Below the pieces are notes generated by a model, which was not told the DNA's origin, ran no database searches, and saw only the letters and a list, made by a program, of their open reading frames with translations. Positions 26,256 to 38,529 of a stretch of 64,000 bases of DNA are shown here, in pieces. Position 1 is the first letter of the stretch. Each line of letters begins with the position of its first letter. The position numbers and the translations under genes were made by a program. Source of the DNA: Octopus bimaculoides (taxonomy: Eukaryota); contig NC_068998.1 in assembly GCF_001194135.2 (NCBI RefSeq), forward strand, positions 20,505,917-20,569,916, read 5' to 3'.

Positions 26256-27315
26256 CTTGAGTTCATATGAGTTTCAAGGGATGATCAGAGTCCATGAAAA
26301 CAGTTCTTGTCTCTATCCATAAGCCACCATACACAACTGATGACAGGTTATCCTTGTGTTGTTCCTTTTTGTTGCAGGATGCATGCAGATGCAATCCAAT
26401 GCCACCAGGAAGCTGCCGGATTCTGGAACAGACACTGCTTGGAATTCACCATTGCTCTCTAGTTAGCTGGATTGTGACCCTATAACTGCCAGTGTCAGCC
26501 CTGTTCACCTTGGGTGGCCCTACCAGGAGCTCAAAGTCCCTGACTGCATACCTCTGACACTCACTTGTTTAACCTCCCTACCACAATGAGGTCAGGGGTT
26601 GAACTTTGTGAGGAAGGACGTCCACCATGCTGCATCTCATGATATCAATGTGCTCTGGTTCATCTGGTTAATACTATTTAAACATTAACCAGGATCCTGA
26701 CAGGTTTTACTACTCCAGATCAGAGTAGACCTAGGAATACTAGTAGCTACATGGTGGTTCCATGCTCCTCAAAGCCCTGGAACTCTCAAAACATGGCCCT
26801 ATTACAGGATACAGTTTAAATTCATAAGAGCTGAACGTGATGATTAGTAATGTATTTGACTCCAGCAAACACATATCTCCATATCCAGTTGAATTGTTGG
26901 CAACAAACCATAAACAACGCTGGTTTCAAATTCTGCCATCATCATCATCATCATTGTTTAACGTCTGCCTTCCATGCTAGCATGGGTTGGACGATTTGAC
27001 TGAGGACTGGTGAAACCGGATGGCTACACCAGGCTCCAATCTGATTTGGCAGTGTTTCTACAGCTGGATGCCCTTCCTAAAGCCAACCACTCAGAGAGTG
27101 TAGTGGGTGCTTTTACGTGTCACAAGGCCAGCAATTGTGGAGGAGCAGGTAAGTCGATTACATCGACCCCCAGTGCTCAACTTATTTTATTGACCCCCAA
27201 AGGGGATGAAAGGCAAAGTTGACTTTGGCAGCATTTGAACTCAGAACGTAAAAACAGGCAAAATACCACTAAGCATTTTTGCCTGTAATGCCAATGATTC
27301 TGCCAGCTTGCTGCC

Positions 27316-27371
<56 letters not shown>

Positions 27372-27931
27372 CCTTTCAAATATAGGCACAAGGCGTGAAA
27401 TTTGTGGGGAGGAGGTATATCAATTACATTGATCTCAGTGCATAACTGGTACTTATTTTATTGACTCTGAAGGGGTGAAAGGCACAGTTTCCCTCAGCAA
27501 TATTTGAACTCAGAATGGAAAGGCAGACGAGATACCACTAAGCCTTTTGCCTGGCATGCTTACAATTCTGTCAGCTCACTGTCTTAAAACCATAATTAAT
27601 ACTTGGGTTCATAAATTAATAACTGTTGCCAGACACACACTGAATTACACCTGGCAAGATAACCATAAGTAATACTGCCAGATATAGTTTAGTGTTTGAT
27701 AACAGTTATTAATTTATGGACACAAGAAATATTGAAACTTATGCAGTAAAGAAATTTGAGTAAAAATGGAAAAAGTTTATGAAATGAACTTTTAAACATT
27801 GATAAGATAAATTTGAAAGTTAAAAGAATTATGAAAATTCATTGGTTTTTTCTTCCTGCTTTGTTTTCTTCCCATTTCTTTATTAGATTATGGCACCCTT
27901 TCCTTCCAATATGACTAACAAGTGAATTTAA

Positions 27932-28239
27932 CCCTTTAGCATTCAAATTAATCTATCAAATATAATGTTTACTAATTCACATTATTTTGAATTAAACATG
28001 CATTATCTTGTAGCTTCAAGATTTTGATGATGTGATTATTTATTTTTAGACTATTTATTTTAGATTATTTATTTTTAGGCGTAGGAGTGGCTGTGTGGTA
28101 AGTAACTTGCTTACCAACCACATGGTTCCGGGTTCAGTCCCACTGCGTGGCACCTTGGGCAAGTGTCTTCTACTATAGCCTCAGGCCGACCAAAGCCTTG
28201 TGAATGGATTTGGTAGATGGAAACTGAAAGCCCGTCGTA

Positions 28240-28296
<57 letters not shown>

Positions 28297-28578
28297 GTAT
28301 ATATATATATATGTATGTTTGTTTACGTCCCCGTAAATTAGCAGTTCGGCTAAAGAGACCGATAGAATAAGTACGAAGTTAACAAAGAATAAGTCCTGGG
28401 GTCGATTAGCCTTGACTAAAAGGCAGTGCTCCAGCATGGCCACAGTCAAATGACTGAAACAAGTAAAAGAGTAAAAGAGAGTGACATTGTAAGGTAGGCC
28501 TAAGAGGCTGGATCTGGCTAATTTTAACATGAAACAGGTAGAATAGGGTTAGATATGACTGGTTTAAATGTTAAAGGG
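27932..28578. mobile_element. piggyBac-type MITE (family B) containing SINE A (28078-28480)
   Basis: TTAA|CCCTTTAGCATT ... TGTTAAAGGG|TTAA. Other family B copies: 656-880, 4620-5415, 12385-12813, 15290-15515, 28844-29060, 41943-42170, 50652-50850 and 53443-53662. Confidence 0.85.
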
Positions 28579-28843
28579 TTAACTTTAATCCTTCTGATAC
28601 CAGAATACCTGAGACTGCCCCTGGCTCTCTGATACAAACTTCATATATTAAAGTGATCCAAATTTAAATCTTTCATTAAAATTTCATGTTAATTTATGTT
28701 TCAAACACAAATTTAAAATTAACAAAATTATTTTACTAAATTGTTCATTATTTTCAAAATTAATTGAGACAAAGGCTGTATATTTCAGCAGTAATATGAT
28801 GACAAAAGGGCTATTTCCTTCTAATATGATGGATTAAGTTTAA

Positions 28844-29060
28844 CCCTTTAGCATTTAAACTGGCCATATCCAGTCCAAAATATTCTTCCTGTTTCATGTT
28901 CAAACTGACTAGATCCGGCCTTTCACACCTACCCTACAATGTCATTCTAAAAATAAACACATCATTGAAATCTTGAAGCTATGAGATAATGCATGATTAA
29001 TTCGAAACAATAGGAATGAAAGAGCATTACATTTAATAGGATAATCTGAATTTTAAAGGG
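28844..29060. mobile_element. piggyBac-type MITE family B, complete
   Basis: TTAA at 28840-43 and 29061-64; CCCTTTA...TAAAGGG termini. Confidence 0.88.
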
Positions 29061-29071
29061 TTAATCCTTCT

Positions 29072-29326
29072 TGTTGTATTCCTCTTGGGGGACTCGCAGA
29101 GAAAACACGAGTTGTACTATTTAGTTTTCACATTTATTTATTAACTATAAACAAAGAACTCACTCACCGAATGTTAAACAAAAATGTCTTCCTCGCCATA
29201 TATATCCCAATAACATTCAACCTCAACAGTCACTCAAAACAACAACAAAACAGGGACCTCAGATGAACTATATTAAAATATGGGACTTCAGACGGACAAC
29301 AAACAAATCTAACAGTCCATATAACA
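29072..29326 (-). mobile_element. Solo LTR (255 bp) with 5-bp TSD
   Basis: Termini TGTTGTAT...ATATAACA and TSD CTTCT at 29067-71 and 29327-31. On the minus strand a TATA-like run (29198-205) precedes AATAAA (29133-38). Confidence 0.8.
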
Positions 29327-32300
29327 CTTCTGATACCAACACACCTGAAACTGGCCCTGACTCTCTGATACAAACTTAAAGTGATCCAAATTTAAATATG
29401 ACTGACAAAGTTATTTTACTAAATTCTTCAATAATTTCCAAAAATTAACTGAAACAAAGGTTAAGGATGTTGACAGGAAAGGAAGTGGCCATAACGATTG
29501 ACAATTGTAGAGAGTGAGTCATGGATTTTGAGCAAGGGTGATGCTTCAATATGAACACTAAAAACATTGTCATTAAAATTAACAATGCTATCGTTTTAGA
29601 TTGATCCAGTAGGTTGTTTTAGAGTTTAAGTTACATATACTGATATGCTTGCATTTGCATTGTTATTTATAGAAGATAGATGATGTATTTTTCATTGTGT
29701 GTGTTTGTGTGTAAGGGCACATGTCTGTATATGTTGTGTGTATGTATATGTATTTGGGTGTGTGTGCGTGTATATATATATGTGCATGTATGTATATCTA
29801 GCTATCTATACACACACTTTTGCATTATATGTGTGTGTGTGTATTTATCAATTAAAGGTGTTTCATTTTTGCTTGTTAGAAATGAAATTGATGTTAGAAT
29901 TGTTTTCAAATAATACAAAGTTAAAAATGCTACAAAATATTAAATGCAGTTATTTCCGAATACTGTTATTTGTATGTAATGATGCACAAGTGTAGTACCA
30001 TTATGCTTGTGAGAGAAAGAAGGAGAAAGAAACAAATATTAACATGTGTCTATATTTCTTAAATATTTTCACATATTTCATTAAAAAAAAAAAAATTAAA
30101 AATCAACTGTAATGAAGGAAATGTTTTTGAGTAACACTGGTGAAGTGGGTCTATAGATGGTGGATGTGTTCCAGTTTATTTCATTACTTTTGATTCAATG
30201 AAATTTCTAATTTACTTTGTATCAAAGCAGATATCATTGTTATTTTTCATCTTCATCATCATTGTTGTTCTTTTCATAATTTTTCTGTATTGGCCTAGGT
30301 GGGATAGTTTTGCCGCAGAGCATCTCTCCATTTGTATTGAATCTTTAATATTCAATTGTTTGAGGCTTCAATGTTCTCCACTGTAACCACATCACATTCT
30401 CTCTTACTTTCTTTGGTTTAGCTTTCATAATAATAATAACTCGTGATATATATATATATATTTTTGCTTGCACTTGCATTATTCTTTCATGTTACATTCC
30501 AAACTTGTGCAGCACTTGTATTTCCTGCACAGAAATCTGTTTAACGAATTCCACTGTGATTTTTGACTCATGTACTGTCCGATGACAATATAGAAAGAAA
30601 CCTACTTAGAGAATTCCGTCTGTCTAGTAGGTAAATCATTTGAAAAATTTGGTTTGGAATTGAGCCAAAATAACGACGACTTAGGAATTTCTCTTTATCT
30701 ATGAATGATTCATTAGACATGGTAAAAATAAAATTGAACTTGAAAATAATACAAAATTGAAAACCTTTTTTTTTTTTTTGCTTTGTATATCTTCCTTAGC
30801 CATGTCTCATTTTTAAACTTCAGCCTTTTCTGTCAATGAAAAAATAAGTATTCTGTCCTACTTAACATCATGATTATATATATATATATATATATCATCA
30901 TCATCATCATCATCATCATCNNNNNNNNNNNNNNNNNNNNNNNNNNNNNNNNNNNNNNNNNNNNNNNNNNNNNNNNNNNNNNNNNNNNNNNNNNNNNNNN
31001 NNNNNNNNNNNNNNNNNNNNNNNNNNNNNNNNNNNNNNNNNNNNNNNNNNNNNNNNNNNNNNNNNNNNNNNNNNNNNNNNNNNNNNNNNNNNNNNNNNNN
31101 NNNNNNNNNNNNNNNNNNNNNNNNNNNNNNNNNNNNNNNNNNNNNNNNNNNNNNNNNNNNNNNNNNNNNNNNNNNNNNNNNNNNNNNNNNNNNNNNNNNN
31201 NNNNNNNNNNNNNNNNNNNNNNNNNNNNNNNNNNNNNNNNNNNNNNNNNNNNNNNNNNNNNNNNNNNNNNNNNNNNNNNNNNNNNNNNNNNNNNNNNNNN
31301 NNNNNNNNNNNNNNNNNNNNNNNNNNNNNNNNNNNNNNNNNNNNNNNNNNNNNNNNNNNNNNNNNNNNNNNNNNNNNNNNNNNNNNNNNNNCTTTATATT
31401 ACATTAATCTTAATCTTATTTCGGCCAGAGTTCTTTCGTAACACTTCTGTGACCTCATCAGTGGTCCTTTGTTTCCTTCTTTCTTATGTGTGTCTCACCT
31501 TGCTAACTATCAGCCATTTTGTATTTTGTATTCCTATTGTATGTGTCTACGCATGCATGTCCTTCAACGTGTCTATGTCTTTTGTAAGTGTATGTGTGTG
31601 TATGGGGAGTGTCTGTATCACCTATATTCTCTGTTAATACGTGTTCGTTTGTATTTGTTTTTATTTATTTATTTGTTCATGTGTGTGTGTGTTTTTTTTG
31701 TTATCTACTGTTTTTTTTTTTGTGTTTAATTAAATTTTGTTAACGTATGTAGTATTTAATTCCATTTGNNNNNNNNNNNNNNNNNNNNNNNNNNNNNNNN
31801 NNNNNNNNNNNNNNNNNNNNNNNNNNNNNNNNNNNNNNNNNNNNNNNNNNNNNNNNNNNNNNNNNNNNNNNNNNNNNNNNNNNNNNNNNNNNNNNNNNNN
31901 NNNNNNNNNNNNNNNNNNNNNNNNNNNNNNNNNNNNNNNNNNNNNNNNNNNNNNNNNNNNNNNNNNNNNNNNNNNNNNNNNNNNNNNNNNNNNNNNNNNN
32001 NNNNNNNNNNNNNNNNNNNNNNNNNNNNNNNNNNNNNNNNNNNNNNNNNNNNNNNNNNNNNNNNNNNNNNNNNNNNNNNNNNNNNNNNNNNNNNNNNNNN
32101 NNNNNNNNNNNNNNNNNNNNNNNNNNNNNNNNNNNNNNNNNNNNNNNNNNNNNNNNNNNNNNNNNNNNNNNNNNNNNNNNNNNNNNNNNNNNNNNNNNNN
32201 NNNNNNNNNNNNNNNNNNNNNNNNNNNNNNNNNNNNNNNNNNNNNNNNNNNNNNNNNNNNNNNNNNNNNNNNNNNNNNNNNNNNNNNNNNNNNNNNNNNN

Positions 32301-32796
32301 NNNNNNNNNNNNNNNNNNNNNNNNNNNNNNNNNNNNNNNNNNNNNNNNNNNNNNNNNNNNNNNNNNNNNNNNNNNNNNNNNNNNNNNNNNNNNNNNNNNN
32401 NNNNNNNNNNNNNNNNNNNNNNNNNNNNNNNNNNNNNNNNNNNNNNNNNNNNNNNNNNNNNNNNNNNNNNNNNNNNNNNNNNNNNNNNNNNNNNNNNNNN
32501 NNNNNNNNNNNNNNNNNNNNNNNNNNNNNNNNNNNNNNNNNNNNNNNNNNNNNNNNNNNNNNNNNNNNNNNNNNNNNNNNNNNNNNNNNNNNNNNNNNNN
32601 NNNNNNNNNNNNNNNNNNNNNNNNNNNNNNNNNNNNNNNNNNNNNNNNNNNNNNATATATATATATATATATATATATAAAATTCAATTTTGCTTTTAAC
32701 CTTTCAGAAATATATAATAAGAGTTAAAAATTAAAACCCCAACTATTTCCTTTACTATATTTTTGGTACATGGTCAGACAATTTTATTTGTTTATA

Positions 32797-32923
32797 CAGG
32801 GTGTCCACAAAGTCTGGGTACATGGAGATTAACACATACTTTAAGAAATTATTATTTCTTATATTTAATTGTTTATGATATGATTTCATTTACTCCATGT
32901 ACCCAGACTTTGTGGACACCCTG
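32797..32923. mobile_element. Tc1/mariner-type MITE, 127 bp, with perfect 31-bp TIRs
   Basis: TA|CAGGGTGTCCACAAAGTCTGGGTACATGGAG ... CTCCATGTACCCAGACTTTGTGGACACCCTG|TA. Confidence 0.95.
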
Positions 32924-33697
32924 TATTATAGCCATACTACTTACCTTTTAGAGAAGGCAAAAGAAAAATAGATAACAAAAAAAATGAAAAGAAATGAACT
33001 AATATATTAGTTGACTTTTCCATCCAAAGAGTTTTTGAACTCTGTATTTATGTGCTATAAGGCAACAAGCTGGCAGAATTGTTAGTTTGCTGGGCAAAAT
33101 GCTTAACAGCATTTTGTCCATCTTCACATTCTAAGTTCAAATTCCTCTGAGGTCGATTTGCTTTTCTTCCTTTTTGGGATTGATAAAATAAGTAATAAGT
33201 GCCTTTGAACACTGGGGTTGATTTAATCAATTTAACCCCTCTCCCCACAAACTTACTGGTCCTCTACCAAAATTTAATACTGATATTTACATGTTATTAT
33301 TCATAGCTTTATCTACTTGGAAATTCCGCCATTAAAAACGATTTATTTCATGTTCCTCAAAGATTTTAATTTCTTATGGTATAAACAAAATATTTTACTA
33401 TACTACAGTAGACAACACTATTTAAAGGCTAATTTCTCTTAAATTCCTTTTTTGCTAATATATGTTAGCAAAAAATTATTCTTATATATATATGCAAAAA
33501 TAAAATGCTAACAAACAAACAAAGCAAAAGAAAAAGAACCCCAGCGAATTGAGTCCTTAAAATCTCCCTTTCTATGGCATTTGGTCATATTTTTCAATGC
33601 CTCTCTGTTTACATGAGGGAAGATGTTTTTTTCTGTATTGCCTCCAACAGGCATTACTCTCATGGCTAATATTGCGACTATTGTACTACAATTGCAG

Positions 33698-33772
33698 ATA
33701 CACTGTGTAAAAATCTGGACCTTGCAGTTCCAGACACATTGCAGAAAAGTGACCCTGACCGAGCTTCTTCAA
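33698..33772 (+). CDS. CTDSPL2: CTDSPL2 coding exon 4
   Basis: CTAAT branch-like motif at 33666-70, attgcAG acceptor and CAA|gtaagt donor. Encodes DTLCKNLDLAVP... (compare IVKQLDM). Phase 1 to 1 links the flanking exons in frame. Confidence 0.75.
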
Positions 33773-33947
33773 GTAAGTAACCAAACGTATTCTGTTGTAC
33801 TCCACCAACTATGCACCTCTGTATCAAAAGAAAATACCTTCAGATAAAGTAACTAGCACAATGGCACTACATCTGTGCATCACAGCATCTTCTATATAAC
33901 AATATACTCTTATAACTGCATATGATACTTTTTGCTTCTTAAACATT

Positions 33948-33979
<32 letters not shown>

Positions 33980-34943
33980 AGTAAAAATAAATACAAAAAA
34001 AGGAGGTTTTGTATGATCGTGTATAGAGGAATATATTATTTTATTAAAAGAGTTCCAACACTGTCTGTTTTTTATATATATANNNNNNNNNNNNNNNNNN
34101 NNNNNNNNNNNNNNNNNNNNNNNNNNNNNNNNNNNNNNNNNNNNNNNNNNNNNNNNNNNNNNNNNNNNNNNNNNNNNNNNNNNNNNNNNNNNNNNNNNNN
34201 NNNNNNNNNNNNNNNNNNNNNNNNNNNNNNNNNNNNNNNNNNNNNNNNNNNNNNNNNNNNNNNNNNNNNNNNNNNNNNNNNNNNNNNNNNNNNNNNNNNN
34301 NNNNNNNNNNNNNNNNNNNNNNNNNNNNNNNNNNNNNNNNNNNNNNNNNNNNNNNNNNNNNNNNNNNNNNNNNNNNNNNNNNNNNNNNNNNNNNNNNNNN
34401 NNNNNNNNNNNNNNNNNNNNNNNNNNNNNNNNNNNNNNNNNNNNNNNNNNNNNNNNNNNNNNNNNNNNNNNNNNNNNNNNNNNNNNNNNNNNNNNNNNNN
34501 NNNNNNNNNNNNNNNNNNNNNNNNNNNNNNNNNNNNNNNNNNNNNNNNNNNNNNNNNNNNNNNNNNNNNNNNNNNNNNNNNNNNNNNNNNNNNNNNNNNN
34601 NNNNNNNNNNNNNNNNNNNNNNNNNNNNNNNNNNNNNNNNNNNNNNNNNNNNNNNNNNNNNNNNNNNNNNNNNNNNNNNNNNNNNNNNNNNNNNNNNNNN
34701 NNNNNNNNNNNNNNNNNNNNNNNNNNNNNNNNNNNNNNNNNNNNNNNNNNNNNNNNNNNNNNNNNNNNNNNNNNNNNNNNNNNNNNNNNNNNNNNNNNNN
34801 NNNNNNNNNNNNNNNNNNNNNNNNNNNNNTATATATATATATATATATATATAATAATAATAATATTGGGGACAAAATCCAAAATTACAGGTAAAAACTC
34901 AATTTTCATCAATGAGTTCATGAACCTTGGTTCTTTTCCCTAA

Positions 34944-34987
<44 letters not shown>

Positions 34988-35900
34988 GTAAAACTGACAC
35001 CTCACATATGGTTATTCGAGTATCATATTTCTGAACCCCAGACTGGACATGAAGTGTAATATAAGTGATTTTGTTATTCAAAATAAAGAGAAAAGTGTAT
35101 AGAGAAAAGTAAATAAAAATAGGTGAAAAAGAAAGAAAAGAAAAATCATGCATTTTCATAATGAGTGAAGTGTGTATGAAGGGGAAAGAGAAGCTTCTGT
35201 ATGTTTACGTGCTGGCTGATGTTTGGAAATAAAACTAAAAGTGAGTGAAGGATAAATTCTCTAAGTTGCATGGTTGATCTTCATGTTTGCTCCAGTCACA
35301 CATGTTTCAGTGAAAATTTCAAGACGATGTAACTAACTATTACAGATGATATGCTCTTGTACTTTTGTTTACATGAAACCTGCTATTTATATATAGATAA
35401 AAGTGTCTGTCAAAAATTAATATTCAAAAAATTCTAAATAAGGTAAGAAAATGAAACTAAGATTTGAATGCTATATGTAATACACTTTATGTTCAACAGT
35501 CTCACAACTCTGTCAGTCCATGGAGGAACAATGTCTGACGGGAAGATATTAAAACATTATATTCAATATTGTTGAGGCATTTAGTTAAACATCTCTTTAT
35601 TTCTGCTACTTCACTATTTTAATTTAAGTAATATCAGCTTAAACTGTTGAAACATTTACTATGGCCTTAGTTTAGACATATTTAGTAAAGATCATGTTCT
35701 TCAAGAATTTGGGCCTAAAAATCTTCTGACAAATATTCTTTAAGATTTTGTCCTTGCAATTAGTAGATCAGAACTGTGAACGAAATTTGAATAACTATAC
35801 ATAAGATGCCAACTTCTGCAGTCAGTAGCATTCTGCTTTTAGTACAGAGTACTCTTTTACTTCTCTGATCTGTACTAATACACTTAAATACGCATATATA

Positions 35901-36245
35901 CGAGGAGGTACCCATAAGTAACCAGAATCGTTTTCTGTGGAACAAACCAGTTTTAGTTCAGGCTTTCGCCACTAGAAGCCTTTTGACGTGACCTTCAGGC
36001 ATCAGTCTGCTGACTGGCAATGCCAGTTGGAGTTGTACTGCCATGTGGTGTGTCTTTGTTTTGCAGTGCTTCTCCCCTGTTCATTGATTTTTGCGATGGT
36101 TGACACGAAGGAACAGCATACTTCCATGGAATTCCGATTTCTGCTAGGGAAAACAGTAGCCGAAACAGTTGTCATACTTCAAACAACTTTCAAGGATGCT
36201 ACTATGAACAAAACACAAGCTTATGAGTGGTTTTCACTCTTTAGT
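35901..36245 (+). mobile_element. Mariner 5' end with transposase N-terminus
   Basis: TA|CGAGGAGGTACCC terminus. ORF from 36096 reads MVDTKEQHTSMEFRFLLGKTVAETVVILQTTFKDATMNKTQAYEWF. Confidence 0.85.
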
Positions 36246-36720
36246 TATTTCATTGGGGGTATTTAACCCTGGTATTTACCATATTGATTTCATCCACAGA
36301 TATTTGCTGTAATCTTGTGAGATGGTCTTGAATTGAAATGAAACAATTGTAAATTGAAGTACTAAAATGACTTGCTCACTTCATGATTCTCATTTGTCGT
36401 ATGTGTTTATATATGATGGTACATGTATAAATATGAAGATGGTTCTCCAATTTCTTGCTGAACAACCTGCATGCAAATGATTTGTTTATAGTGACCAAAT
36501 GTATGTGGCGTACATTATCTCACTCCCTCCATCAAATTGATGTTACCTGAACAGGTGTACAGCATACCTTACATCAAATGTTGAAGTGGCTGCAAAACAA
36601 TATGAGATGAAGTGTTTTACTCAATAACACAACATACCACCCAGTCCAGCAACTGAAACCATGATCTTGCCATCATGAATGCGACACCCTAACCACTAGG
36701 CCATGTGGCCTCACATGTGC

Positions 36721-36758
<38 letters not shown>

Positions 36759-36955
36759 AATAATAATAATAATAATAATAAGCGCACTCACACATGTCTG
36801 TGTTCATGTGTTTGTGTATTATACTTGGGAACCTACATCAGTGACTTAAGGCTCATGAGTTTTGTGCAGATGTTTACTTGTTTCAGTCATTTGAATGTAG
36901 CCATGCTGGAATAACCCCTTGAAGGTTTTTAGTTGAACAAATTGACATCAGGACT

Positions 36956-36997
<42 letters not shown>

Positions 36998-37432
36998 CCT
37001 AGTACTTATTCTGTTGGTCTCTTGCCGAACTGCTAAGTTGTGGGGATGTTAACACACCAACAGTAGTTGCTAAGCAGTGGTGGGGTACAAACACAGACAT
37101 TAAGACACACACAAACACATACGACAGGCGTCTTTTGGTTGACCCAAGATTATAGACAAAGTGCCACACAGTTTTACTGAACCCGGAACCGCGTGGTTTG
37201 GAAGCAAGCTTCTTACCATGTAGCCATGCTTGTAGTTAATTTTTTCCTGAAAGCCCCCAAAAATATGTTACTAGATTTATAGTTTATTGTTAGCATTATT
37301 TTTTTTTATACTCCATTCTATTTTAATAGTTGTTTTGTTTTTTTTACCACATTTGTATTATGTGGACAATTGTACAGTGAAGAAAAGTCTGGAAGCTGAG
37401 TTTTTAATTTTGTTTTTAAACTTCCTCTATAG

Positions 37433-37682
37433 GTAAAGAAAATGAAGAGCCTCCTGAGAGTCTGATCTCGTCCGTGTCGGAATCAGCGCTGGTAGATCCT
37501 GAGACAGGCAGCACTGAAGAAGACAACCTTTCCCTCCTTCCAACTACGGTGTCACAATCCAGTACAAGTGCATCTGAAGGGCACAGTGATGCAGACACTA
37601 GTGACATGGTTGCACCATTTCCCATTCCAGGTGAAGATGAAGTGTTTGAGGAATGGGAACCAGAACCAGAGCCATTTGATCC
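37433..37682 (+). CDS. CTDSPL2: CTDSPL2 coding exon 5 (acidic, Ser-rich linker ending FDP)
   Basis: cttcctctatAG acceptor and CC|gtaagt donor. Open frame ending EEWEPEPEPFDP (family: EDWEVFDPY). Phase 1 to 2. Confidence 0.92.
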
Positions 37683-38183
37683 GTAAGTATTCTTATTTTA
37701 CTCAACCTCTTCTATTAGCAGAAGAATGGGACAAACAGGTAAATCACAATTTTGCCCTCATCACACAATAAAACTCACACATTAAATGCACCAGTTCTCA
37801 TCTGATCACTGAAGTTAAGCAACGTCAAGCCCAGTGAGATGGGTGACTGCTTGGGAAACCTCGGTGCTGTAAGCATCTCACACTTTCAATGGTGGTGCCC
37901 CAGCATGACTGCAGCTTTGAAGCAGAAACAATTTAAAGATTTAACCCTTTTGATATCAACCTGCCTGAAATTGCTCTTGATTGTGTAGTATCATTAAGAA
38001 TGAGGTGTTTAATCATGCAATAACCGTTTCTACAGTTCAAACAGTTATATTGTCTAAATTTTGATATTGGATAGCAGAAATAACAGAATGACTGATTATA
38101 TGCTTCAATGTATCTTCTGTGAGGATATTGTCTTAGTTGTCTTCCAAATACATTCAAAATTTAACTCTTCAATAGTTTTATTT

Positions 38184-38298
38184 ACATTATTTACAATTGA
38201 CAGATATTTGTCCTCACCTTGTTTGTTGTTAACACAATGTTTCAGTTGATATACCCTCCAGCCTTCATCAGGTGTCTTGGGGAATTTTCGAACCTGGG
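38184..38298 (-). mobile_element. Truncated copy of the hammerhead-tail element in a CTDSPL2 intron, with TSD
   Basis: Same sequence as 1828-1945, with degenerate helix II and GAAACAUU. Flanked by the 16-bp direct repeat TTCAATAGTTTTATTT at 38168-83 and 38299-314. Confidence 0.85.
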
Positions 38299-38529
38299 TT
38301 CAATAGTTTTATTTGGTTTTTCATTGCCTTGTTACTATTACTGTTTCAGTGTCTTGTTACTATTACTAATTTGAATGGATACATGTATGTAATGTGTGTG
38401 TGTGTGTGTGTGTGCAAGGAGGAAGTCAAAAACTATCCACACCTTTGTCAAAACCTTCTTTTGTTTGGTTACACTTCAATGCTTGCATGCTAAGAGGTAG
38501 TACTTTTATTTTTATGCTTACATAACTGA

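Larger units (their letters stand above)
30921..34829. other. Three assembly gaps: 30921-31391, 31769-32654 and 34083-34829
   Basis: Runs of N, mostly bounded by microsatellites. Confidence 1.

Noticed and set aside
37631-37682. Internal in-frame acceptor (cccattccAG) that would skip 66 codons of exon 5
   Set aside because: The pyrimidine richness is explained by the PFPIP codons; no independent evidence.
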